64,000 nucleotides of DNA from a bacterium (GTDB taxonomy: Bacteria > Zhuqueibacterota > Zhuqueibacteria > Residuimicrobiales > Krinioviventaceae). Below are positions 39,403-50,797 of the stretch, one piece after another; the first letter of the stretch is position 1, and each line of letters begins with the position of its first letter. A program made the position numbers and the translations under genes. The stretch spans positions 107,502-171,501 of the forward strand of contig CAXXFV010000014.1 of NCBI GenBank assembly GCA_963674595.2, read 5' to 3'. A model generated the notes under the pieces. The model had not been told where the DNA came from. It was given only the letters and a program-made list of their open reading frames with translations, and searched no databases.

Positions 39403-40701
39403 TTAAAACCAAACTCCCAAATCAATAATAAATTCAGTTTCATTGTTATCATTCATAGCACATTCCAGACGGAAAATATCAACATAAGGCAAATGAATAT
39501 GAATGCCCAGTCCAAAACCGGAATATAAATCTTTTACAGATAAATTGTAATCCTTTTTCCAGACAGTTCCCGTATCATAAAAAACAGCGCCGCTTATGCC
39601 AAAGGGTAAATTGCTGCTATAGGCGCCAAGCAAATCACTATTTGTATCCAAATCTATATACTGTATTGGTAAAAGAGGAAAACGCATTTCAGCGCTTGCT
39701 AAAAAGCGGTTATCCCCTTCCATACGCGTATTGAAATATCCCCGTATCCTTTCCGTGTAACCGAGAAATTTACGACTGTAAACAGGAATACCTCCGCCGG
39801 CCAAATCCACTGCCGCACGGACACCTATGGACACCTCTTTGATAACGGGTTGGTATCTGCGAAAATCAAACCCGTATCGAATAAAATCAATTGATTCCAA
39901 ATCTGTTGTTTTAACGGCATAGGATTGCAGATACCAGCCTTTTTTCGGGTATTGATGTAAATCACGCGTATCATAACGAAAATCGAAACCCAGGCTGGGC
40001 AACCGATCAACAGTTGTTTTTGACGCCGTTACAGCAGTATATTCGGAAGGAACCTTTAAACTCTGATAACCGCATAATAATGAAAAAAAAGTATGGTATC
40101 CCCAGCGTTTACCGATTGATACACTTATACCGCGCTGAACCTCATAAAACCGTTCAAACTCTAAACTTTGGCTGCGCATTTTTCTGGCATAAATTTTAAT
40201 ATCTGAAAATAATTTAGCACGTCCGCCAAACCAGGGGTTAGAGTAATAAAACTTGACACCGGGATTATAACCAAACCATACAGAACCATCAACAACAGTA
40301 TTTCGCCCGCGAAAATTCTGATGTAAAAGCCCGGCACCATAGGACAGCTTTTTCCAGTCCCGTTCATTTCGATAAACAAAAGGATAAGGAAAAAGATACC
40401 ATCTTTCGGCAACAATAACGATCAAAACCGTTCCGTTTTCACTGGGAACAGGTTGTATTTCCACACGGGTAAATAATTGGGTATTTAACAATCTTTTTTG
40501 GTCTTCAAACAAGAGCTTTGCATTTAAAGTATCCCCTATTTTTGATTTCATTTCCCGCAAGATAACATCACGCTTTGTATGATTATTTCCCACCAGAATA
40601 ATTTCTATTATCTTGGTCGAATCAAAAACATCTTCGAATTCCTGACCATACAAAACACCGACCAATAGAATAAAAATAAAAATGCGTTGTAAAAGCTTCA
40701 T
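39403..40701 (-). CDS. Omp85 (BamA/TamA) family protein with one POTRA domain
   Basis: GN.HTK..VILRE POTRA; NFRGRN, YDTRD..YP.KG, IRGY, F.D.G, C-terminal DLGVWF. Confidence 0.85.
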   Translation of the reverse strand: MKLLQRIFIFILLVGVLYGQEFEDVFDSTKIIEIILVGNNHTKRDVILREMKSKIGDTLNAKLLFEDQKRLLNTQLFTRVEIQPVPSENGTVLIVIVAERWYLFPYPFVYRNERDWKKLSYGAGLLHQNFRGRNTVVDGSVWFGYNPGVKFYYSNPWFGGRAKLFSDIKIYARKMRSQSLEFERFYEVQRGISVSIGKRWGYHTFFSLLCGYQSLKVPSEYTAVTASKTTVDRLPSLGFDFRYDTRDLHQYPKKGWYLQSYAVKTTDLESIDFIRYGFDFRRYQPVIKEVSIGVRAAVDLAGGGIPVYSRKFLGYTERIRGYFNTRMEGDNRFLASAEMRFPLLPIQYIDLDTNSDLLGAYSSNLPFGISGAVFYDTGTVWKKDYNLSVKDLYSGFGLGIHIHLPYVDIFRLECAMNDNNETEFIIDLGVWF

Positions 40702-41855
40702 TATAATTTATTAAAAATCCTAAAAGTTATACGCCAATCATCAATGGAGGTATTTAAGGGTCGGGCAATATCTATTCGTACCAGTCCGTCAATTAACTGA
40801 AGAGAAACGCCTGCATCGTACATCCAGTCAACAGAATTCAGATCATCGAATAGTGAACTTTTTTGTTTCAAACACCAGGCATCACCACCTTCAATGAAAA
40901 GACCCATCATGGTTGATTCTATGGAAGGGACCCAACCCAAAGGTAAGGCCTGAATGATCTGACCCCCAAAATCATAGTAAATTTTCCAGTACAATAAATT
41001 TTGACCCTGACTGTAATGGTCCGGGAACCCGACTAATCCGCCGATGCCTCCCAATTTGCTGATGTGCTGAGGAGCCAAACTTCCCTTTCCAACACCAAAT
41101 AATGTTCTAAAGATAATTTTTTGTTCGTAAAAGGTTGGTAAATAATAACGGGTGTCAAAAAACATTCCATGTGTTTTAAAATCACCAAATGTTTTCTCAA
41201 ATATTCCTTCAAGATAAAATCCCTTATGCGGGAAATAGACGTTATCACGCCAATCCAATAAAACCGATAATTTGAATTTCTGTTCATCCCCTTCAACGAT
41301 GCCGGGATTCGGACGATAGGTTTTACTATTTCCTAAAATAGACGAAGCATAATCGCCGGATTTTTCCATATCCAGATATTTATAATTTTCGTATGTTAAC
41401 CTGACAAAATGTTGAAATTTAACTTGTTTATCAAAAACAATCCGAAACCCTTCTTTACCAAAATAATCCCTAAAGTCCTCATGAAGAAATAACCCAGCCA
41501 AAGAATTTTCCAACTGACCAATCATCCAGTTTTCATTTGTCGCTGTTTCCCTGAAAATACCCGCACGAAACAGCAATCGATTTTGTGCAAAAAATTGTTT
41601 TTCTAATTCACCTGAATATTGCCACTTTTCACTTTCAATACCATAAGCACATCCACCTAACAACTTTAACGATTTGTTTAATGTTGGTTGATAGGCAATT
41701 CCCACATGCGGGACAATTCCTTCAACACGGTTAAAATAACTTTGTGACCAAAATTCAAAATGTTTCGCTTGAGGGTCATCATCATATTTATCATAACCGA
41801 ATTGAGCAAAAGCAACAGAACCATACAATAATAAAATTAAAAATATATTTCTCAT
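40701..41855 (-). CDS. Omp85-like outer-membrane beta-barrel protein
   Basis: FNRVEG, DWRD...P.KG, LGG.G.L.GF, DAGV, RIDIARP. Confidence 0.65.
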   Translation of the reverse strand: MRNIFLILLLYGSVAFAQFGYDKYDDDPQAKHFEFWSQSYFNRVEGIVPHVGIAYQPTLNKSLKLLGGCAYGIESEKWQYSGELEKQFFAQNRLLFRAGIFRETATNENWMIGQLENSLAGLFLHEDFRDYFGKEGFRIVFDKQVKFQHFVRLTYENYKYLDMEKSGDYASSILGNSKTYRPNPGIVEGDEQKFKLSVLLDWRDNVYFPHKGFYLEGIFEKTFGDFKTHGMFFDTRYYLPTFYEQKIIFRTLFGVGKGSLAPQHISKLGGIGGLVGFPDHYSQGQNLLYWKIYYDFGGQIIQALPLGWVPSIESTMMGLFIEGGDAWCLKQKSSLFDDLNSVDWMYDAGVSLQLIDGLVRIDIARPLNTSIDDWRITFRIFNKL

Positions 41856-41957
41856 AAAAAGCCTTAAATATCACACACAAAACATCTGAAAGATCAGTAA
41901 ACGATCAAATAAAAAAATGTTTTTATAAATAATTTGATTCAAACAAGATAGATTATT

Positions 41958-42407
41958 TTATTTCTTTAAATTTTTAGTCATCTCAACCCGGGTCCCTCTT
42001 TCACCAAAATAATATTGTACGTCATCCATCAAAGTTCGTACGATAAAAACGCCTCGGCCACTATCTTTGTAGAGGTTTTCAGGAGCTAACGGATCAGCTA
42101 TACCATGAGGATCAAAACCTCTGCCCTCATCCTCAATTGAAATAAACAATTTGGATTTTGAAATTCTGAATTCCAAGTTCACCTGTTTTTTAATATCTTT
42201 TTTATTCCCATGAATAATTGCATTGGCAACAACTTCTGTTATTGCTATTGACAAACTCTCCTGTTCATCTTCGGATAAACCAGCGAGTTTTGCAATTTTT
42301 TCGGCTTCAGCTTCTACAATTCGAATCTGGTCAGGATCGCTCGGAATAGCCATTTTTAAAATTCGGTCTTTTGCCAAAAGCACCTCAAACCATTTTAAAT
42401 TTTCCAC
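41958..42407 (-). CDS. rsbW: Anti-sigma factor / Ser kinase (RsbW-like HATPase_c_2)
   Basis: AITE..ANAI.HGN, I.DEG.GFD, DPL.PENL...SGRG.F..R.LMD. Confidence 0.85.
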   Translation of the reverse strand: MENLKWFEVLLAKDRILKMAIPSDPDQIRIVEAEAEKIAKLAGLSEDEQESLSIAITEVVANAIIHGNKKDIKKQVNLEFRISKSKLFISIEDEGRGFDPHGIADPLAPENLYKDSGRGVFIVRTLMDDVQYYFGERGTRVEMTKNLKK

Positions 42408-42465
42408 AGACTAGCTAATTTTTGCGTTCAATTCAACATCAGGAATCAGAATATATACAAAATAT

Positions 42466-44358
42466 TTATAAAGTCCAATTCAATATCAACTCGATATTAT
42501 TAAAATAATACTTTTTCTGATTTACAGGCTCTACAACATAACGAACAGCATCAAAAAATAAACGGCTCTTTTTTGAAATATTATAATTAAGCCTAAGTAC
42601 GGGTCCGTAACTATTGTATTGCCCCTGTTTTTCTTTAATATTTTCACCATAAATGTTTGTTGAATGCCGCCATTCTGTTCTTTTATGATATCGAAATCCG
42701 GCGTAAAGATTAAAATACAAACTAAACTGGTAATTAAGATATGAATTAATCCAGAGACTATTTCGGGTCAACAGTATTTTTTCTGCCCACTGCTCCCATG
42801 ATAATTGTCCGTTTTCTTCAAGCTGAAGGCGGAAATCACTTAACAACCGGGTCCTCGGCATGAGCTTTATAGCCACAGAATCTTCCATGGCAAACTTGCG
42901 GAATACAAAACTTTTTATAGTAACTGCAGGCTCCTCAAAATCATAATCAACATAATTTGCCAGTACTTCAAATGTTTGCTTTAATTTAAAAGATGATGAC
43001 GGTTGATAATATAACGAAGGTCTTAGTCGAAATATTCTGTTCCAGTTATTATCCGCACTTCGCTCACCGAATATATAAACCATGTGGTACAGGTTTACAC
43101 CAAGCTGCATTTCAAAAAGAAAATCATCCCGAAATTTATGAAAATAAGTTATGTTTGAATTTATTCGCAATTCATCCCTGTCATCAAAATTATTTGTATC
43201 CGGTGTATCATATTGAAATTTTGACGCTGACATATATGTAGACAAGGAATCTTTTGATGTCAAATGAACATAATTGACCCAGGACAAGGTAGTCCGTTTG
43301 CTTTCATTGTTTGGCGTTACAAATGCTGTGCGCCTGGAAAAAGGAGTAGAGACATTGCCAACATCAATGTCATAGGTTTGTTCCTGTGACCAATATGAAA
43401 TGTTCATTTTACTCAGTAAATCATTTTTTCTATAAACCAAAGCAACAGAGTTTGAAACCTGCTGATCATTCCTTTTTCTCTTTTTTTCATCCGTTGTCGG
43501 GCCAAAAGAACTTACCTGAACATCTTTAAACAAAATCCGACTTGACAAATTTATATCTAAAAACGACGCTGCACGATAGATTAAATTATTTTCAATTCCA
43601 CGATTGTTCTCAGACAAACTCTCCACATCGCCGTATATTGAAGAATAATTATCGCGCTGTTGATTTTGCCAAAAAATCCTGAGAGAATCCGACGTACCAG
43701 GATTAAAAGTCCGGCTTACATGGTACACGGCGAGATGATTGTTGTTGTTCCTGTTTTTATATTTATCATCATCCAGCAACAAACTCAGGCTGTGACGATA
43801 ATCTTCATATTCAATATTTTTTGTTTTAAACTCTAAATTGTAATTAATCCCATTATCGGTTTGTTCAAAACGGGATTCTCTTTTAGGGCCGGCCTTTCCT
43901 GCCAAATAATATTTTACACCGGGATTAAATTGAAAACCCAAATAACCTGAATAAATTCGGCTGTCATTATTATAACCCGATTGCCGGTCCACAAAAATTA
44001 TGGATTGTCCACCGGCTAACAACTGTAAACCGGACAATGGAGAATAGCCAATTTTGAACAATGCATTTTGATCATCCTTCCATTTGTCCTCTTCGGTGCT
44101 AAGCTTTAGCATGGAACTCTTGAAATTCTCAGCCACCAGAAAATATAACTTGGGAGAAAGATTAAAAGATTTGTTTAAATTATAATTCCAGACATACGTA
44201 TTAAATTCCTGACGAAACCCAATTTCACTATTAGGGGCCTGAATACTATTGACTAAAAAAGGAGGTGTTTGTGCAAAAAGAAACCTGCCTAAAATAATAT
44301 CAGACAATATAATAATGACAACCCCCACAAATAACAAACGGAATTTTTGTGCAAACAA
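42466..44358 (-). CDS. Hypothetical outer-membrane beta-barrel protein
   Basis: Signal-like N-terminus, alternating amphipathic strands, YDTPD..N.DDRDELR, aromatic C-terminal strand (LILNWTL). Confidence 0.6.
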   Translation of the reverse strand: MFAQKFRLLFVGVVIIILSDIILGRFLFAQTPPFLVNSIQAPNSEIGFRQEFNTYVWNYNLNKSFNLSPKLYFLVAENFKSSMLKLSTEEDKWKDDQNALFKIGYSPLSGLQLLAGGQSIIFVDRQSGYNNDSRIYSGYLGFQFNPGVKYYLAGKAGPKRESRFEQTDNGINYNLEFKTKNIEYEDYRHSLSLLLDDDKYKNRNNNNHLAVYHVSRTFNPGTSDSLRIFWQNQQRDNYSSIYGDVESLSENNRGIENNLIYRAASFLDINLSSRILFKDVQVSSFGPTTDEKKRKRNDQQVSNSVALVYRKNDLLSKMNISYWSQEQTYDIDVGNVSTPFSRRTAFVTPNNESKRTTLSWVNYVHLTSKDSLSTYMSASKFQYDTPDTNNFDDRDELRINSNITYFHKFRDDFLFEMQLGVNLYHMVYIFGERSADNNWNRIFRLRPSLYYQPSSSFKLKQTFEVLANYVDYDFEEPAVTIKSFVFRKFAMEDSVAIKLMPRTRLLSDFRLQLEENGQLSWEQWAEKILLTRNSLWINSYLNYQFSLYFNLYAGFRYHKRTEWRHSTNIYGENIKEKQGQYNSYGPVLRLNYNISKKSRLFFDAVRYVVEPVNQKKYYFNNIELILNWTL

Positions 44359-44419
44359 GTCTATAATAGGTCGTCACCTGTATAAAATTCAGATACCAGT
44401 TACTAATATGTAAAGTAAT

Positions 44420-45109
44420 TTAAGACAGGGGTGTTTTGGGCTTTGAATCTTTAAAATATTCATTGGGCACTTTTGTTGGAACAATGGCCCCACCGGATAT
44501 GACAAGCTTTAAAGCTTCTTCAACGGATATTGGTAAAAGTTGCACGTCCTCTTTAGGAACAAACAGTAAAAATCCGGAAGTAGGATTCGGGGTTGTGGGT
44601 AAAAAGATACTGTAAACATCATCCGCTAAACGTTCCTGGACCAGACCGCGGGTATCCTGAGTAATAAAACCAATCGAGTAAATACCTTTTCGTGGATATT
44701 CTATTAAAGCTGCACGTTTAAATACTTCACTGTGATCAGATAAAAAAGCCTGACTGATTTGTTGAAAGGTAGAATAAATATGCCGAACAACCGGAATACG
44801 ATGTAATAACAGTTCGCTCCATGAAAACAATTTTTTGCCAAAATAATTTTTGGCAATAAAACCGACAACTAAGATTAACAAAATTAAGGCCAGTATACCC
44901 AAACCAGGTATTGTACCAAACTCATTTACTATTCCCAGGCTTTTAAATATGGCCGAAGTCACATACTCGCTCAACAATCCGTCAATTATAACAAATAATT
45001 GAAAAACAACATAAATAGTTAAAGCCAGCGGTGCAAGCACCAACAAACCTGTAAAAAAATAGCCTTTAATACGGCTATTTAAAAATCTTTTCACTTGTTT
45101 TGGAGACAT
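44420..45109 (-). CDS. DUF502 domain protein
   Basis: F.TGLLVL.PL..T, RIP.VR.IY, EYPR.G, FLPTTPNPTSG, SVEEALK.VISGG. Confidence 0.92.
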   Translation of the reverse strand: MSPKQVKRFLNSRIKGYFFTGLLVLAPLALTIYVVFQLFVIIDGLLSEYVTSAIFKSLGIVNEFGTIPGLGILALILLILVVGFIAKNYFGKKLFSWSELLLHRIPVVRHIYSTFQQISQAFLSDHSEVFKRAALIEYPRKGIYSIGFITQDTRGLVQERLADDVYSIFLPTTPNPTSGFLLFVPKEDVQLLPISVEEALKLVISGGAIVPTKVPNEYFKDSKPKTPLS

Positions 45110-45131
45110 ATATTTTCAAAATTCTCAATTA

Positions 45132-45428
45132 TTAACGGAATAAAATAATTATCTCGTCCTCTTTTCCATATCCATTTTTATAAGCTTCTTTTTTCAATCG
45201 GGCCATATCGTTTTTTAAACTGTCTAATTCATTTTCAAGCCACTTTTGTTTTGCCTTTTCAATAGCAATGTCCCTTTGAAGTTTTTTGTTTTCTGAATAA
45301 AGTTTGAATTGTCTGATAAAACCTGATTTCCCGGATAGAAAGGAAAATAAAAGTAATAAAATACCAATTCCCCAAAAATATTTTGGTACGAGGAATTTCG
45401 TAAAAAAAGTCGAGAGTGTATTTTTCAT
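45132..45428 (-). CDS. ftsB: Septum formation initiator (FtsB/DivIC)
   Basis: TM + G..G + coiled coil + GYGK.DE; lies downstream of eno, the conserved position. Confidence 0.75.
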   Translation of the reverse strand: MKNTLSTFFTKFLVPKYFWGIGILLLLFSFLSGKSGFIRQFKLYSENKKLQRDIAIEKAKQKWLENELDSLKNDMARLKKEAYKNGYGKEDEIIILFR

Positions 45429-45444
45429 GATGCTAAAACCAGAT

Positions 45445-45474
45445 AAAAAGCCCCAAGGTTAAAAACCTTGAGGC
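45445..45474 (-). terminator. Terminator after eno
   Basis: GCCTCAAGGTT..AACCTTGGGGC + U-tract on the minus strand. Confidence 0.7.
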
Positions 45475-45485
45475 AATAAAAAAAA

Positions 45486-46799
<1,314 letters not shown>

Positions 46800-46919
46800 T
46801 TAATTAATATTTTCCTTCAGATTTATTATCTGAAACTAATAAAAAATGTGATCTGTAATATAAAACAAGCAAGGCAAAAATGAAATAATTTTCTTTTGTA
46901 ATAATAAAGTAAATAATAA

Positions 46920-48413
46920 TTACAGCAATAAATAAGCTATAAAAGCACCGCTAACAGCACATAAAACATTAACAACATCATTCGTCATCCATGGAAGACC
47001 ACGTGCGTGACGTGTTTCCTGCCCATTACAGTGAATTGTTTTTTCCGTGTTTTTATTACAAACAGGACAGACATTTATCGCTTGTACTGTGGCACCAAGA
47101 ATACTGTCCAAAAAACAAGCCGCTATTCCAGCCGTTAAAAGTGCAACACTTTCTTTGAGTCCTAAAATTCCGGGAGAATGATGCGGACCAGATAAACTGC
47201 TCAAGCCAATCAACACCAACGCCCCTAAAACGGCACCCAGGGTACCAAGCAGCGTAATGCCACCTGAGGTACCGGCTGGAACATGTCTAAAGGTAATCAC
47301 AGACCTTGGTGTGCTTTTGGAAAATACACCGATTTCTGTTGCCCAGGTATCTGCCATAACAGATGCCAGAGAAGCGACAAAGAGTAAATAAAATATATCG
47401 TTTTCAGTAAAAAACCAAACCAGAAGCAAAAGACCGGCAACTCCGCCATTAGCAAAAACCTGACAGATATCACGACATCCGCCCTTTTCAACGATATCAG
47501 AGGTGTTTTGTTTCAAATTTTTTCCGACTTTGGAAAGTAAACTGGATAAAATAAAAAAAGCCAATATCGGTATGGTAAAAGCGATCCTGCCGATGCCGAA
47601 TACCAGTGTTCCCAGACAAAAAGTTGCAACAGCACCGGTCGGACTTAGAAATCCGGCCTTAACAGAAATAACAGCAACCAGTAACGCAAGAATGGCTCCG
47701 ACAGAAAAACAAAGAATATCACCTGACGAATGAGACACCAGGTAATATAGAGTAAAGGCCGAACCCAGAGGAACTGTTAAATTATCACTGCCTTTATAAG
47801 AAACAAGCTCACAGGCAGTTGCGATAACACCAACGAGAACAGCAATCCATAATCTTGACAAATAGGTAGTTGTTAATTCCTGCTGCAGGGGATACCAGTT
47901 TAGACAGGCAAATACAATTACAACCGTAGAAATAAACATGGTTATCGAACCTTGGATTGATTTTTCATCAGAGCCGAATTTTAACATTTTTGGTGCTTTG
48001 ATATTTTGACCGACTATAGCGGCTAGTGCGTCCGCAAGCGCGAGAATGAGCATGGCGGTAATAAGGACAAGCTTGAAATGATCCCAAAGGAAATAGACCA
48101 ATATAATAAAAGATGCCGGATAAAACACAGTCCCCCAGGATAATCGGGCAGTCCCATGTATCTCAGGCAACCATTGTTTATAAACAGCAAAAGTAACAGC
48201 TAAAAGAAAAACACCGGCAATTGCCAGCAGCGTCCATTTTGACTGAAAAAAAAACGGTGTTATAGCTATTAAAAGTCCGGTCGTAATATGAACAATTTTG
48301 CGTATTGTTTCCGGGGAGCAGTTGGAAACTCTTTTAATTATTTTGGCAAAAACCAAAACAAAGATTAAAGCCGCAACAAAACAACCTGAAATATACCAGT
48401 CACTCATTCTCAT
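46920..48413 (-). CDS. Fusion of phytol/dolichol-kinase-like (CTP_transf) and DUF92 (VTE6-like) domains
   Basis: N-half: RK.VHI, D.LAA.VG, KS..GS, DNL.VP. C-half: R...QV.ANG, ADTWATEIG, GTSGG.T..G, DS.LGA.VQ, CxxC..H.C insert, ND.VN. Confidence 0.85.
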   Translation of the reverse strand: MRMSDWYISGCFVAALIFVLVFAKIIKRVSNCSPETIRKIVHITTGLLIAITPFFFQSKWTLLAIAGVFLLAVTFAVYKQWLPEIHGTARLSWGTVFYPASFIILVYFLWDHFKLVLITAMLILALADALAAIVGQNIKAPKMLKFGSDEKSIQGSITMFISTVVIVFACLNWYPLQQELTTTYLSRLWIAVLVGVIATACELVSYKGSDNLTVPLGSAFTLYYLVSHSSGDILCFSVGAILALLVAVISVKAGFLSPTGAVATFCLGTLVFGIGRIAFTIPILAFFILSSLLSKVGKNLKQNTSDIVEKGGCRDICQVFANGGVAGLLLLVWFFTENDIFYLLFVASLASVMADTWATEIGVFSKSTPRSVITFRHVPAGTSGGITLLGTLGAVLGALVLIGLSSLSGPHHSPGILGLKESVALLTAGIAACFLDSILGATVQAINVCPVCNKNTEKTIHCNGQETRHARGLPWMTNDVVNVLCAVSGAFIAYLLL

Positions 48414-48472
48414 TTAAAAAGTATTGTATTCTATATTTTGTTAATATTTATTCCAGATAACCTAATGTTAAC

Positions 48473-48779
48473 ATATCCCCAAGTTATCCACAAATTCAAA
48501 AAATAATTAAATTGTAAAAATCAATCACAAAATTATTTTTTAATAGATGAACTCAATTATTATACTTAGATCGATTCTTTACGCAACAACAAGGCAAAAT
48601 TTTAGCAATAAATATGCTATTGTTTTATATAGAGATAAGAAACAGCCAACCTCTTAACTCCATATTTTTCAACAATCATTTTTATAAAAAAAAGTCCCCG
48701 CAAAAACAAAAATTCCGGCCTTATTCGTATATTAGAAAAGTTAGACTAATAACAAAAAGTTATTCACATTTTATCAATA
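48473..48779 (+). promoter_or_regulatory. AT-rich intergenic region with clustered DnaA-box-like 9-mers
   Basis: TTATCCACA 48484-92 (perfect), TTATTCACA 48760-68, TTTTCAACA 48666-74, ATATCCCCA 48473-81, TTATCAATA 48771-79. Confidence 0.5.
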
Positions 48780-48819
48780 TTCTTCAATTTCAATATTGAA
48801 ATTAAATCAGCATCTGCTA

Positions 48820-49794
48820 TCAGTTTATATTCAACTTTGTACGGAAATGCTGAATAACATGAGTTAATATTTCGTCCAGTTGTACTTTAGGATCATATCC
48901 GATGGTTTTACGTGCTTTTGAAAGATCGGGAATTCGAATCCGCATGTCTTCAAATCCCTCTTCATAAGCCTGGTCGTAAGGTATATAAACAATTTCGGAT
49001 TTAGAGTTGGTCATTTTCACAATCTTTTCAGCCAGTTCTGAAATTGAAATCCCTTTGTCATTACCGATATTAAATACCTGGCCGACGGTTTCCGGGGTTT
49101 CCATTAGTCTAATAGAAGCGGCAACAACGTCCTGAACATAGGTAAAACAACGGACCTGCTTCCCATCACCATGAACAGTAATGGGTTCATTTTTTAGGGC
49201 CTGTGTTACGAATCGTGGGATGACCATTCCATATTGGCCTGTTTGCCGCGGACCGACTGTATTAAACAAGCGCATAATCACAGTTTCCAGGTTCTTTTCT
49301 TTATAATAGGCAAGCGCCAAAAACTCATCAATTGCCTTGGAACAGGAATAACTCCACCTGCTTTTTGTGGTCGGGCCCAACACACGATCAGCCTCTTCAT
49401 GAAAAGGGACATCTTCGCTTTTGCCGTATATTTCCGATGTTGATGTAATGAGCACTTTACGAAGGTATCGGCTAGCCAATCGTAATACCACATCCGTACC
49501 TAATATATTTCGTTCTATAGTTTCTACCGGACTCTTGACGATCAATTCCACACCGACCGCAGCCGCCAGATGGTAAATAACATCACATTCACTCACCAAC
49601 CGGTCCATAACTGTTTCATTTAAAATATTTTCCACAGTAAGGTAAAAGTTGGGATTGCTTCTAAGATGATTGATATTTTCCAGACTGCCTGTCGAGAGAT
49701 CATCAATAACACATACTTTATAACCTTTTTCCAGCAATCTCTCAGCAAGATGAGAACCGATAAAACCGGCCCCACCCGTTATTAAAACCTGCAT
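48820..49794 (-). CDS. NAD-dependent nucleotide-sugar epimerase/dehydratase
   Basis: ITGGAGFIGSHL, HLAAAVGV, STSEIYGK, YSCSK, RLFNTVGPRQ. Confidence 0.93.
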   Translation of the reverse strand: MQVLITGGAGFIGSHLAERLLEKGYKVCVIDDLSTGSLENINHLRSNPNFYLTVENILNETVMDRLVSECDVIYHLAAAVGVELIVKSPVETIERNILGTDVVLRLASRYLRKVLITSTSEIYGKSEDVPFHEEADRVLGPTTKSRWSYSCSKAIDEFLALAYYKEKNLETVIMRLFNTVGPRQTGQYGMVIPRFVTQALKNEPITVHGDGKQVRCFTYVQDVVAASIRLMETPETVGQVFNIGNDKGISISELAEKIVKMTNSKSEIVYIPYDQAYEEGFEDMRIRIPDLSKARKTIGYDPKVQLDEILTHVIQHFRTKLNIN

Positions 49795-49900
49795 TTAATT
49801 GTACCTTCTTTTATGTTAAATAATAAATTCAAATTGACACACAAGGTAAAAAATCAACTCCACATTTCCAAACAAGAAATTCAGATCGTTTTAAGGTTAT

Positions 49901-49937
49901 AAAAAAAAAGCTTTTCCTTATACAAAGGAAAAGCTTT
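49901..49937 (-). terminator. Rho-independent terminator
   Basis: AAAGCTTTTCCTT-loop-AAGGAAAAGCTTT with an A9 tract. Confidence 0.7.
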
Positions 49938-49954
49938 ATCAGAAAAAGCAGAGA

Positions 49955-50701
49955 TTACCGGAAATTTATTCCAGCTCCCAGATTAAATCCTTTAAACTCA
50001 CCCAACGTATAATCAGCATTAACATGCAATAACGGCAGATTGATAACTAATCCGGCTGTTCCATGAAAAGTGGTGCTGCTGTAAGATTCTTTAGTAGAAC
50101 CGAGTTCGAGATCAAGGTTCGTTCTATCAACACCCGCGCCAATGTAAACTTCAAATAAAGATAATAAATCCTGACTGACAATCCCCTTCAGACTCATTGA
50201 ATTTACAGCTCCAAAGGCATAGTCATCAGGTACATAAAATCCATTATAAATGGCCATAACAGCAACTTTTGGCAAAGCCGGCAATTGTAATAATCCTTTT
50301 TTAAGCCCAACACCAAAAAGAGTAACGGCATCATCTGTTTCGCCTCCGCCTATCGGGTAACGAAAAACACGACCGGTTACTTCAAAACCAAGCGGTAAAC
50401 CCAGGCTGCCGTGCAGAAAAGGCATTGCAACGAAATCGACATTTTCAAAAGGGTGACCAACCATATCTTTATATTTACTGGGGATAAATACGGCTACACC
50501 ACGCAAGCCAACATCAAAACCGCCAATCGAATGCACATCAGCCGTATGAAAATAACCACCGGCAGAAAAAGCACTAAACATATCCAAAACCTGTTCTACT
50601 TCTTTTTCATCAATTTGAATAAAAACAGGGCTTTTGGCTGAAACAGGAAAGGCAATAGCTAAAATTAATACAAAAATAACTGGTAACAAAATTTTCTTCA
50701 T
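49955..50701 (-). CDS. Outer-membrane beta-barrel protein (DUF6588-like)
   Basis: Signal peptide, G.FHTA......GFDVG, P.L..SLGLP.G.E...R, C-terminal GINFR. Confidence 0.6.
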   Translation of the reverse strand: MKKILLPVIFVLILAIAFPVSAKSPVFIQIDEKEVEQVLDMFSAFSAGGYFHTADVHSIGGFDVGLRGVAVFIPSKYKDMVGHPFENVDFVAMPFLHGSLGLPLGFEVTGRVFRYPIGGGETDDAVTLFGVGLKKGLLQLPALPKVAVMAIYNGFYVPDDYAFGAVNSMSLKGIVSQDLLSLFEVYIGAGVDRTNLDLELGSTKESYSSTTFHGTAGLVINLPLLHVNADYTLGEFKGFNLGAGINFR

Positions 50702-50797
50702 AACCACCTCCAAGCTAAGGTGTACTATAGAAACATGAATTTAGGTAAATATATTAATTATCTGGTATTATGTCAACATCAAACTCAATTTATTTTC

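Noticed and set aside
48614-48799. 61-aa ORF in the DnaA-box region
   Set aside because: Low-complexity AT-rich translation with no RBS or motif; likely spurious.
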